From the NCBI GenBank assembly GCA_964291265.2, contig OZ219747.1, positions 2,176,001 to 2,240,000 on the forward strand: a stretch of DNA of 64,000 nt, in the 5' to 3' direction. Position numbers and translations under genes: made by a program. Positions 19,698-29,063 of this stretch are shown piece by piece. The DNA is from Alphaproteobacteria bacterium (GTDB lineage Bacteria; Pseudomonadota; Alphaproteobacteria; SP197). The first letter of the stretch is position 1, and each line of letters starts with the position of its first letter. The notes beneath the pieces are model-generated. The model saw only the letters and a list, made by a program, of their open reading frames with translations. It was not told the origin of the DNA and did no database searches.

Positions 19698-22044
19698 CTT
19701 TCAAAGGATCGGACTTGTATAGGTGATTCGTTTCGTGCATGCTGCGGGCATGCAGGTTGGTCTCCGCCATTTCGATTCGCAGACGCTTGACTGGTTTGCC
19801 GGCGCGTTGCGCTCCGCCGACGCCACCCGTCACGGTCTGGCACGCGAGCTTTGCGAGCGCACCGGTTGGCGCAACGCGCTCGGCCGTCCGTGCCTGTCGG
19901 CGGCGGCGAAGGTGCTGCCGGCGCTCGCCGAGCGCGTGGGGTTCGAGCTTCCGCCGCCGCGGAGCGTGCCTGATCCGACCGTCGTGCCCGCCGTCCCGGC
20001 CGGTGAGGTCCCCGACACCAAGCTGGTCTGCCTGCTGGAGGATCTCGGCCCGGTCTCGCTCGAACCGGTGGGCGACGCCGACGATCGCCGTCTCTGGGAG
20101 GCGATGATGGCGACGCACCACCCGCTGGGATGGACGCGCTCGCCCGGCGGCCAGGTGCGCTACTGGATCCGCTCGCAGCGCCACGGCACCCTCGGCGGGA
20201 TCGGCTTCGGGTCCGCGACCTGGCAGCTGCGGGCGCGGGATGAGTGGATCGCATGGTCCGCCGACGCCCGTGCCGCCAACATCGAGCGTGTGATCTGCCA
20301 TCATCGGTTTCTCCTGCTTCCCGGCGTTCGGGTCTACGGACTGGCCTCCCGGGTCCTGCGCATGGCGGCGGAGCGCATCGCCGACGACTGGGAGGCCCGC
20401 TATGCGGTGCGCCCGGTGGCGGCCTACACTCATGTCGGTGCGGAGCACAGCGGCTATTGCTACCACTGCGCCGGCTGGACCGTGGCCGGGCGGACCAGCG
20501 GGCGCCGCGGCGAGGTTGGCACGGTGCGGGTCCTGGCCCTGGAGAGCGGCTGGCGGACGGTGCTCCACGGGACACAGCGCCGTCCACTCGGCGCCCTGGC
20601 GGGCGTCTATGACGGCACTGACGCGGACTGGGCGGAGCGGGAGTACGGGCGCACGCGCCATACCGACGGTCGGGTGCGACGACGCATCGTTGACATGGGC
20701 CGGGCCTGGATGAAGAACATGGGGGAGGACCTGCCGATCATCTTTCCCGAGAAGGCGGAGCAGAAGGCCGCTTATCGGTTGCTGTCGAACCCGAGGGTAT
20801 CCATGGAGCACGTTCTGGAAGCGCATGTTGAGGCGACCGTGGAGCGTTGTCGGACAGAGCCTCTTGTCCTTGCGATACAGGACACGACGGCGATCAACTA
20901 CAGCGGCCTGGAGGCCACGAAGGGTCTGGACAAGCTCGGCGGCGGTGGCAAGGGGAGCGTCGGCATCCTCGCCCACGCCGGTCTGGCGGTGACATCGGAG
21001 GGCCGGCCGCTGGGCCTGTTCACGATGGATGCGGCCTTCCGGCAGGAGCCTGGGGAGGACAGTCAGCGCTGGGTCACCGGGCTCGAGCGGGCCCGGGAGC
21101 TCGCGGCGGCCTGCCCGGACACGCGTGTGGTCTCGGTCTGCGACCGCGAGGGCGACTTCCGGGAACTGCTCGCCCATGCCGCGGACGCCGGGGCCGCGCT
21201 GCTGGTGCGTGCGAGCCGTTCGGCGAAACAGCGCGTGCGGACGCCCGACGGCAAAGAGACGTGCCTGTGGAAGCATGTCGCGGCCCGGCCGCTGGTCGCG
21301 GTGACGGAGCTGACGATCCCGGCCGCTGGCGGCCCGCGCGCCCGCAAGGAGCGCGTCGCCCGTCTCGAGATCCGCACGGCACAGGTCGAGGTGGCGCCGC
21401 CGCAAAAGGAGCGCGACGCGGAGCCTGTGTCCATGTTCGCGGTCTCGGCCAGCGAGGCCGGAACCGATGACGGCGACGAGGCCCTGCACTGGCTGCTGCT
21501 GACCACCGAGCGCCCGGCACCAGGGGAGGCCGAGGCCGTGCACGCGGCGACCGTCCTGGGCTGGTACCGGACGCGATGGAGCATCGAGACCTGGTTCCGC
21601 ACGCTGAAGACCGGGACCCGGATCAAGGACCGCCGGCTCGACAGGGCCGACGACCTGAAGACGTGCCTTGCCTTCGACGCCGTCACCGCCGTCCATGTTG
21701 CCGACCTGACCGTGCTTGCGCGCGAGCGTCCCTTGACCCCGGCGAGCGAGGTGTTTGCCGAGGAGGACATCGACCTGCTCGGCACGCTGCTGGAATCCCA
21801 GGGTCACCGGGAGGTCCGGGCGATGGGCGATGTCCGTGCCGTCGTCATCGGCCTTGGGCGCCTTGTCGGGTGGCATCCCACGCCGCGCCAGACGCTCCCG
21901 GGAGCGAAGAAGCTCTGGCAGGGTCTCGAAAGGCTGAACTGGGCGATCCAGGTGCGTGACGCACTTGGCGCAAGAAGGCGGCGCGAAGCACTCGGTGAGA
22001 GAAGGCGGGAGTAACATCCCTATACACGCGTGGGTGGTTGAAAG
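19698..22044 (+). mobile_element. IS4-family (IS50/Tn5-like) element
   Basis: Ends CTTTCAA...TTGAAAG; perfect 9-bp TSD GTCCGGGAC (19689-19697, 22045-22053). Confidence 0.92.
19750..22014 (+). CDS. IS4 transposase with N-terminal DUF4338 (DruA-like) fusion
   Basis: N-terminal ARDEWIAWS..RFLLLPGVRVYGLASRVL; C-terminal WAEREYG, IQDTT, CDREGD, YRTRWSIETWFRTLK (YREK). Confidence 0.88.
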   Translation: MQVGLRHFDSQTLDWFAGALRSADATRHGLARELCERTGWRNALGRPCLSAAAKVLPALAERVGFELPPPRSVPDPTVVPAVPAGEVPDTKLVCLLEDLGPVSLEPVGDADDRRLWEAMMATHHPLGWTRSPGGQVRYWIRSQRHGTLGGIGFGSATWQLRARDEWIAWSADARAANIERVICHHRFLLLPGVRVYGLASRVLRMAAERIADDWEARYAVRPVAAYTHVGAEHSGYCYHCAGWTVAGRTSGRRGEVGTVRVLALESGWRTVLHGTQRRPLGALAGVYDGTDADWAEREYGRTRHTDGRVRRRIVDMGRAWMKNMGEDLPIIFPEKAEQKAAYRLLSNPRVSMEHVLEAHVEATVERCRTEPLVLAIQDTTAINYSGLEATKGLDKLGGGGKGSVGILAHAGLAVTSEGRPLGLFTMDAAFRQEPGEDSQRWVTGLERARELAAACPDTRVVSVCDREGDFRELLAHAADAGAALLVRASRSAKQRVRTPDGKETCLWKHVAARPLVAVTELTIPAAGGPRARKERVARLEIRTAQVEVAPPQKERDAEPVSMFAVSASEAGTDDGDEALHWLLLTTERPAPGEAEAVHAATVLGWYRTRWSIETWFRTLKTGTRIKDRRLDRADDLKTCLAFDAVTAVHVADLTVLARERPLTPASEVFAEEDIDLLGTLLESQGHREVRAMGDVRAVVIGLGRLVGWHPTPRQTLPGAKKLWQGLERLNWAIQVRDALGARRRREALGERRRE

Positions 22045-24155
22045 GTCCGGGACTGGCAGGACGCGCTGGCGAAGGACTGGATCGCGGAGGCGCCGGATGT
22101 CTGCGCGACACTGTCGGTGGACGGGCACGTGAAGGTATATTCGGGCCGCAAGGGTCGCCTGCCGAAGCACTTCGTGTCACGTCAGAAGCTCTGTCTGCCG
22201 GCCTCGACAGGCTATTGGGTCAACGCGCTCGGCGGCCGGCCGCTCCTGTGCCTGCACAAGGACCTCGATCCGACCATGACGCACGCGCTGGAGCACGACA
22301 TCCTGCCCGCGCTGGAGCGGCTCGGCCTGCCGGGGCCGGACGCGCCGGACCTCGCCAGGGGAGAGGCGGTCGCGCCGGGGCTGACGCTGGTGTTCGACCG
22401 CGAGGGCTGGAGCCCGGCGCTGTTCGCCCGCCTCGCTCGGCGCGGGGTGGCGGTGATCACCTGGCACAAGGGGTTCCGGAGCGGTCCCTGGCCACAGGGA
22501 GAGTTCCGCACGGTCCGGGTGCCGCTCCACTCACCAGGTGGCGTCCGCACCGCCGAGGTGCGGCTCGCACAGAGACGGATCACGCTGTCCGGCGGGCCGC
22601 AGGTGCGCCAGATCCGGCGTCTTCTGGACAGCGGCCGGCAGGTGCCGCTGATCACCACGGACATGCACACGCCCATGGAGCGGGTCGCCGGCGCGCTGTT
22701 CTCGCGCTGGTCCCAGGAGAACTTCTTCAAGTCCATGCGCCAGGAGTTCGGCATCGACGCGCTGGCCGTGCACGGCCTTGTCGAGCAGGACCCCGAAGCG
22801 CGCGTCGTCCATCCGCACTGGCGCCGCTGCGACCGCCGCATCCGCCAGCTGCGCCAGAAGCTCGGCACACTGCGCAACCGCGTCGCCGACCTGCTCAAGG
22901 GCGCCCCGTCCGACACCGCCATCACGGCCGCCGCAACGCTGCAGGACAAGATCGTGACGCTCGACGCCGAGCACGAGGCGCTCAAGGTCCGGCGTGCAGA
23001 AATCCCGAAACATGTCACCGTGGCCGAGCTCGACGAGAACGACAGGCTCGACGCCCTGCCCTCCAGCGAGAGGCTGCTGCTCGACATCGTTCGCATGATC
23101 GCCTACCGCGCCGAAACCCGGATGATGGCCGCCGTCGCCCAGGCCCAGGGCGCAAAGCAGCGCCCGCGACGCCCTCTCGCCGAACTGTTCCAGTCGGACG
23201 CCGACATCATCCCCGATCAGGAAAACCGCGTCCTGCGGGTGCGCTTCCTCGGCACCGCCAGCAACGCGCGCGACGCCGACATCGCCGGACTGCTCGACGC
23301 ACTCAACCAGACGCGCACGACCTTCCCAGGAACCGACCTGCGCATGATCTACGAACTGCCAGACAACCCACCCAAACTCGGCCCAGAAGCATCAAACTGA
23401 TTGGACAAATTCATAGCCGAGGTCAGGACGTCTGAAGCTGGGCCATGAAACTCGCTGTCATGCCCTGGCGCCGCGCATGGGCCTTGGTCAGGGTCTTGAA
23501 GAGGACGGCATCGTCGGCGGCCTTCAAGGGGGCGCCTGCTTCGAGAGTCGCTTCGAAACAGCCGGGACCGAGTTCGAGCCCCAGGCTGAAGAGATCGATG
23601 CCTGCCGCGCAGACCCGCCCTTCGAGAGACGTCACGTAGTCGCCGTGGATGGTCGCCGACTGGCTGCCCCAGCAGCGGTTGTCGGCTGCGAAGAGTTCGA
23701 TTCCGTCGCCGAACCCGTTCGCGCGCAGGGATTCAGCCGTCTCCGTGAGGACGTGGAACTCGAACTCCATGGCCGCACGAACGGCGTATCCCGCATCGCC
23801 CGCGCGGGCGACCTGGTCGGCGAGCACCTGACGCGGACTCAAGGCACGGGACGGGCCGTCATAGTCGGCGAAGACGATGAACGAATCCTTCTCGAACGGC
23901 CAGTCGCGTACGCTCGTCCAGTCGAGGACGACAGGCTCGCCCACGAACGGTGGCGTGCCGGTCACTTCTTCGGCGATGTCCCACTTGTGGAGTACGTTGA
24001 CGAAGGTCCCGGATGCAGCAAACGTCGTTGCGATGTCGTCAAGCCTGAGGCGTCGACCCCGCAGGCTGCCATCGAGATCGGGAATGACGACATGACCGAT
24101 ACGCTTGCCTGCCTCGCGCAGCCGCGAAAGAACATCGTTCACTGACGATGGATGT

Positions 24156-24992
24156 TCAGCACCCGAGAGCACGGGCGTGGTGTTCAAAGTGATCGGCGAG
24201 AAAACTCTGGATGAACCAGTAGCTGTGGTCGTAGCCCTCGCGCATGTTGAGCGTCAGCGGTTGTCCGGTATCCTTGCAGGCGGCGGCCAGGGCGTCGGGA
24301 AGCAGGTTGGGAAGGAACTCGTCCTCGGTCCCCTGGTCGGCGAGGATCGGCGTCGTGCGGTGACCGGAGCGGATCAGATCGACGACATCGTAGCGCCGCC
24401 AGGTCTCCCGGTCATCGCCGAGGTAACGCTGCAAGGCGTCGCTCCCCATCTGGCAGCCCATGAGGGAATTCATCGGCGCCAGTGCCGAAACCGAACGGAA
24501 CATGCCGGGATTCTTGAGGGCAAGGGACAGTGCGCCATGGCCGCCCATGGAGTGCCCGAAGATGCTCATCCTCTGCGGGTCGCCGGGAAAGGCATCGGCG
24601 ATGACACCGGGAAGCTCTCGGATGATGTAGCTCTCCATGCGGTAGTGCCGGGACCAGGGTTCGACGGTCGCATCAAGGTAGAATCCCGCTCCCGTTCCGA
24701 AGGCCCAGTCGTCGTCTTCGCCTTCGATGCCGGTGTCGCGCGGGCTGGTATCGGGGGCCACCACGAGAAACCCGGCATCTGCTGCCAGGCGCTGGGCGCC
24801 GGCCTTGATGGTGAAGTTCTCGTCCGTGCAGGTCAGGCCCGACAGCCACAGGAGGATCGGCGCCCTTTCCTGCGACGCTGCCGCCGGCGTGAACACGGAA
24901 AATGCCATGGGAAGGCCGATTTCACGTGAGGCGTGCCGGTAGAACCCCTGCATGCCGCCGTGACACCGGCTGAGCGAGACGGTTTCCACCAT
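24156..24992 (-). CDS. fghA: S-formylglutathione hydrolase
   Basis: WLSGLTC, PDTSPR, GAGFYLDAT, GHSMGGHGAL, GYDHSY. Confidence 0.94.
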   Translation of the reverse strand: MVETVSLSRCHGGMQGFYRHASREIGLPMAFSVFTPAAASQERAPILLWLSGLTCTDENFTIKAGAQRLAADAGFLVVAPDTSPRDTGIEGEDDDWAFGTGAGFYLDATVEPWSRHYRMESYIIRELPGVIADAFPGDPQRMSIFGHSMGGHGALSLALKNPGMFRSVSALAPMNSLMGCQMGSDALQRYLGDDRETWRRYDVVDLIRSGHRTTPILADQGTEDEFLPNLLPDALAAACKDTGQPLTLNMREGYDHSYWFIQSFLADHFEHHARALGC

Positions 24993-24995
24993 GGG

Positions 24996-26105
24996 TCAGT
25001 AGATCACGACGCTGCGGATTGACTCACCCTCGTGCATCAGGTGGAAGGCGTCGTTGATACCCTCGAGTGGCATGGTGTGGGTGATCATGTCGTCGATGTT
25101 GATCTTTCCGTCCATGTACCAGTCGACAATTCTCGGCACGTCCGTGCGTCCCTTGGCGCCGCCGAAGGCCGTGCCCCGCCAGACCCGGCCGGTCACCAGC
25201 TGGAACGGACGGGTGGAGATCTCGGCCCCGGCAGGCGCCACACCGATGATGATGGATTCGCCCCACCCCTTGTGGGCGCATTCCAGCGCCTGACGCATGG
25301 TGGTGACATTGCCGATGCACTCGAAACTGTAGTCGGCGCCCCCTCTGGTCAGGTTCACGAGCCAGGGAACGAGGTCACCCTCGACCTCCTTCGGGTTGAC
25401 GAAGTGGGTCATGCCAAACGCCTTGCCGAGATCCTCACGTGCCGGGTTGATGTCGACGCCAACGATCATGTCAGCGCCGACGAGACGCAGGCCCTGGATG
25501 ACATTGAGGCCGATTCCGCCGAGACCGAACACCACGCAGTTGCTGCCCGGCTCCACCTTGGCAGTGTTGATGACGGCGCCGATGCCGGTGGTCACACCGC
25601 AGCCGATGTAGCAGATCTTGTCGAAGGGGGCGTCCTCGCGGACCTTGGCGACAGCGATCTCGGGAACCACCGTGTGGTTCGAGAACGTCGACGTGCCCAT
25701 GTAATGGAAGATCCTCTCCCCGCCGATCGAGAACCGGCTGGTGCCGTCCGGCATGACGCCCTGTCCCTGCGTCACCCTGATGGCCTGGCAGAGGTTCGTC
25801 TTGCCCGAGGTGCAGTACTCGCACTGCCTGCATTCCGGCGTATAGAGCGGGATGACATGATCGCCCTTCCTGAGACTCGAGACCCCCGGGCCGACATCGA
25901 CGACAACGCCGGCCCCCTCGTGACCGAGTATGGCCGGAAAGATGCCTTCGGGATCGGCTCCCGACAGGGTGAAGGCGTCGGTATGGCAGATGCCGGTTGC
26001 CTTGACCTCGACAAGAACCTCGCCTTCGCGGGGCCCTTCGAGGTCCACTTCCTCGATCGTGAGCGGCGCATCCGCCTTGTGGGCAACAGCAGCGCGGGTT
26101 TTCAT
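24996..26105 (-). CDS. frmA: S-(hydroxymethyl)glutathione dehydrogenase / class III ADH
   Basis: GICHTDAFTLSGADPEG, GHEGAG, TRPFQLVTGRVWRGTAFGG. Confidence 0.95.
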   Translation of the reverse strand: MKTRAAVAHKADAPLTIEEVDLEGPREGEVLVEVKATGICHTDAFTLSGADPEGIFPAILGHEGAGVVVDVGPGVSSLRKGDHVIPLYTPECRQCEYCTSGKTNLCQAIRVTQGQGVMPDGTSRFSIGGERIFHYMGTSTFSNHTVVPEIAVAKVREDAPFDKICYIGCGVTTGIGAVINTAKVEPGSNCVVFGLGGIGLNVIQGLRLVGADMIVGVDINPAREDLGKAFGMTHFVNPKEVEGDLVPWLVNLTRGGADYSFECIGNVTTMRQALECAHKGWGESIIIGVAPAGAEISTRPFQLVTGRVWRGTAFGGAKGRTDVPRIVDWYMDGKINIDDMITHTMPLEGINDAFHLMHEGESIRSVVIY

Positions 26106-26198
26106 GGCATCCTCCCGGTATCGTTGAACCGGATCATGGTGGCGGTGCGCCGGGGACAATGCAAGACGTGGATTCCATGAAGGAAGCCCGCTGCGTCC

Positions 26199-26921
26199 TT
26201 ACTCGGCCAGAAGGTCCGGCAGGTCCGCCACGCTGTCGATGATGACATCGAACCAGGGCTCGAGCTGGTCCCGGGTGGCGCTTCCGGTCAACACGCCGAT
26301 GGCGGCGCCCAGTCCGGCGGCGCGGGCCATTCCGGCATCGGCCGCGGCATCGCCGATCATCGCCACCTCCCAGGGATCGAGCCCGGTGTGCCGGCAGAAT
26401 GCCTCGCCCATGCCAGGACCTGGCTTGCCGCCGAATCCTCCGTCGGAACCGCACACGAAGGTGAGGTGGTCGCGGATTCCCAACTGCCGCACGGCAAGCT
26501 CCGCCAGTTCCGTGTCATCGTTCGTGGCCATACCGAGGCGGTAGCCGACCCTTGCGAGATGGTCGAAGAGGGCGGGCATGTCCGCCGTCGCCACCAGCCC
26601 GTCCAGAGATGTCTCGCGGAAGACCCCGAAGAGCAGGCCTTCGAGGTCGGGAGGCGCGGTCTCCGCGAGGATGGCGTTCCAGCACCGGACGATGTCCTGA
26701 TTGGTGCCACTGGCCAGCATGGAATCGACCTCGAAGATGCCGAGGGACCGGTCGTATCCGGCTTCACGGAGCAGGTGATCGGCGATGTCGGGCTGCCCGG
26801 CGGCTCCGGCGACGCGCGATGCCGCTTCGCAGAACGCCGGAATCCAGGTCTCGTTGAAGGCCACAAGGGTGCCATCCTTGTCGAAGAGGAGGCCCCTGAT
26901 GGCGCGTTTCCCGTCTTTCAT
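26199..26921 (-). CDS. HAD-superfamily hydrolase
   Basis: FDKDGTL, ATND, KPGPGM, MIGDAAAD motifs. Confidence 0.88.
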   Translation of the reverse strand: MKDGKRAIRGLLFDKDGTLVAFNETWIPAFCEAASRVAGAAGQPDIADHLLREAGYDRSLGIFEVDSMLASGTNQDIVRCWNAILAETAPPDLEGLLFGVFRETSLDGLVATADMPALFDHLARVGYRLGMATNDDTELAELAVRQLGIRDHLTFVCGSDGGFGGKPGPGMGEAFCRHTGLDPWEVAMIGDAAADAGMARAAGLGAAIGVLTGSATRDQLEPWFDVIIDSVADLPDLLAE

Positions 26922-27766
26922 GGCGCCGCCAGCCGGCGGCGTCGCCACGCGATCTCGCGGTTCCACAGCGTTTCGTCAGGGGCGCGTCGGCGGCGCACCA
27001 GGCACCAGGCAAGGGACACGGCTAGGGCGACGCGAATCCAGTCCGCCAGGGCCCTCGACTCGCCTTCCATGCTGGTTGCCGCAAGGAGAATCCGGCGTTC
27101 TTGCCCCTCGAGACCGGCCTCCGACGCGAAGTAGGCCGGATCCCACAGCGGGTGGCAGAGAGCCGCATACTCCCAGTCCAGGAAGGTGACGCTGGTTCCG
27201 TCATCGATGATGTTCGCGGCGACGGGATCGACATGGGAAGCGACCGGCGTGGCGTCCGCGGGATGGCAGACATGCCTCAGGGCGTCCACGACGGCCCAGC
27301 CGGCGCCGAAGGTGTCCGGCGCTTCGGGCGAGGTGCACCCCGCGTCGTCAAGATAGGTCTCCAGCTTCTCCCAGGGATCCATCACGCCGGTGAACCCGGT
27401 GGCCTGTCTGAGCTTCCGGAAGGCGCGGCCCAACCTCTGCAGGACAGGTGCGGCGAAGGGGCGTTCCATGGCGTCCAGAAGCCGACCATCCGCGAAACGA
27501 TAGAGAATCAGCCCTCTGCCGGGATCGGCCGCCAGGATGTGTGGCGCGACGCCGAGGGAAGACGCCACCCTCATGTGGTCGCACTCCCGCGAACGGTCGA
27601 CGATGTCCGCGTTCCCGCTCCCGGCAAGACGCAGGACGACATCGTCTCCTGCAAGGAGGAGACGCACGGCCCGGTTCGCGCTTCCGCGATATGTGTCCGT
27701 GATCTGCAGATCGCGCGGATCGCGACCGAGATGTTCGAGGGCACGGGCGATCTCCGGATGGGTCAT
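26918..27766 (-). CDS. Choline/ethanolamine kinase-like phosphotransferase
   Basis: VDRSREC, SHVDPVAANI (Brenner-like), FLDWEYA. Confidence 0.78.
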   Translation of the reverse strand: MTHPEIARALEHLGRDPRDLQITDTYRGSANRAVRLLLAGDDVVLRLAGSGNADIVDRSRECDHMRVASSLGVAPHILAADPGRGLILYRFADGRLLDAMERPFAAPVLQRLGRAFRKLRQATGFTGVMDPWEKLETYLDDAGCTSPEAPDTFGAGWAVVDALRHVCHPADATPVASHVDPVAANIIDDGTSVTFLDWEYAALCHPLWDPAYFASEAGLEGQERRILLAATSMEGESRALADWIRVALAVSLAWCLVRRRRAPDETLWNREIAWRRRRLAAP

Positions 27767-27814
27767 GGCGGCGCACCTTGCCCCGAGGCGCCGCGACTGG
27801 CAAGACTGCCGGTC

Positions 27815-28405
27815 ATGGCCGACAGTCTTGCCATCCTGCTGGAGGAAATCCGCGCCTGTCGCATGTGTGCCGGGGACCTTCCCTGCGGCCCGCGGCCTGT
27901 CATCAGAGCCGAATCGGGCGCCCGGCTGCTGATCATCGGACAGGCGCCAGGCTCCCGTGTCCATGCCAGCGGCATTCCCTGGGATGATGCCAGCGGTGAC
28001 CGTCTGAGAACGTGGATGGCCATCGACAGGACCGTCTTCTACGACACCCGGCGCATTGCCATCATGCCCATGGGCTTCTGCTATCCCGGCAGGGACAGGA
28101 ATGGCGGCGACCGGCCGCCGCGCCCGGAGTGCGCACCCTTGTGGCATGAACGGGTCCTGAAGCGCCTGCCGTCAGTCGAACTCACCCTGCTGGTTGGACG
28201 CTACGCCCAGGCGCGCTATCTGCCGCCGGCAGGGCGCATGACCATGACGGAAACCGTGGCGGCGTGGCGCGTCCACCTGCCTTCCGTTCTTACCCTGCCT
28301 CATCCCTCATGGCGCAACACGGCCTGGCTGCGGCGCCATCCCTGGTTTGCCACGGATGTCCTTCCCGAACTCCGCCGACGGACGGCCGCATTGACCGGTT
28401 CCTGA
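27815..28405 (+). CDS. Uracil-DNA glycosylase family protein
   Basis: IGQAPG, WDDASGDRLR, MGFCYPG, LPHPSWRN. Confidence 0.9.
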   Translation: MADSLAILLEEIRACRMCAGDLPCGPRPVIRAESGARLLIIGQAPGSRVHASGIPWDDASGDRLRTWMAIDRTVFYDTRRIAIMPMGFCYPGRDRNGGDRPPRPECAPLWHERVLKRLPSVELTLLVGRYAQARYLPPAGRMTMTETVAAWRVHLPSVLTLPHPSWRNTAWLRRHPWFATDVLPELRRRTAALTGS

Positions 28406-28421
28406 TCCCCTTGCCGCGGCC

Positions 28422-29057
28422 TCAGGGCAGGAGACTGCCTAGAGCGTAGACTCCGAAGGCAAGGACGACGAGGCCGGAACCGGCGTTGAGCCAGGCCAGT
28501 CCCTTGCCCGTGAAACTGGACCGCATCCACGCACTGATCGTGGCGAGGGTGAACCACCAGGCCGCAGCGCCGGTCAGCACGCCGGAGATGACCACCCAGG
28601 AATCGATGAGACCGTCGATGGCCTCCAGAGCGTGAATGGCCGCAAACAGGGAAACGAAGGCGATGAAGGTGATCGGATTGAAGAGAGTCACCGCAAGGGC
28701 GGTGGCAAAGGCATGCATCAGGGTCTCGTGACCGGTGGCGTGGGCGCGGGAAAGTGTCGCCTGCGAGAGGGTTTTCGACTTCAACACGGCGTGGCTGCCC
28801 AGAACCACCAGAATTCCGCCGCCCAGACCCTGGATGATCATGCGATTCTCGGACAGGAATGTCTCGACGGCGCCGACCGAGAGGACGGCGAGAGCCCCGA
28901 AAACGGTGTCAGCCAGCGTCGCCCCCAGCCCGGTGGCGTAACCGGTGAGGCGGCCGTCAAGCAGGGTCCTCTGGATGCACAGCACGGCAACCGGTCCGAC
29001 GGGAGCGGCGACGAGGAACCCCACGACCATGCCGGTGACGAGGAGCTGGATGTCCAT
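28422..29057 (-). CDS. LysE-family translocator
   Basis: AAPVGPVAVLCIQRTL, TLFNPIT; hydrophobic. Confidence 0.88.
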   Translation of the reverse strand: MDIQLLVTGMVVGFLVAAPVGPVAVLCIQRTLLDGRLTGYATGLGATLADTVFGALAVLSVGAVETFLSENRMIIQGLGGGILVVLGSHAVLKSKTLSQATLSRAHATGHETLMHAFATALAVTLFNPITFIAFVSLFAAIHALEAIDGLIDSWVVISGVLTGAAAWWFTLATISAWMRSSFTGKGLAWLNAGSGLVVLAFGVYALGSLLP

Positions 29058-29063
29058 GGCCGA

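Larger units (their letters stand above)
18780..23400 (+). pseudogene. Putative DDE-type transposase (754 aa when 18780-19697 and 22054-23400 are rejoined), interrupted by IS4
   Basis: N-terminal HTH-like segments; VDGHVKVY, LVFDREGWS, RWSQENFFK; frame rejoins as RVRD|WQDAL. Confidence 0.8.
18633..23434 (+). mobile_element. Unclassified IS with a large putative transposase (2446 bp without the nested IS4)
   Basis: Perfect 16-bp TIR CAGACGTCCTGACCTC; 5-bp TSD AAACT/AAGCT (1 mismatch). Confidence 0.88.
18007..24142 (-). pseudogene. Second glutamine synthetase family gene, split by IS insertion (parts 24142-23435 and 18632-18007)
   Basis: Removing 18633-23434 and one TSD copy rejoins ..ASFMAQL|GAFHPGLSGHVHLSL..; DLDGSLRG, MEFEF, RIEFRLPGADTNPYL motifs. 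Confidence 0.88.

Noticed and set aside
19750-20600. Complete Druantia defence system
   Set aside because: Only DUF4338-like domains within IS elements; no DruE-like helicase or other dru genes in the window.
19660-22170. Long antisense ORFs (e.g. 19660-22170, 45281-47278, 37565-39277, 57964-59601)
   Set aside because: Shadows of GC-rich coding genes on the opposite strand with no recognisable motifs.
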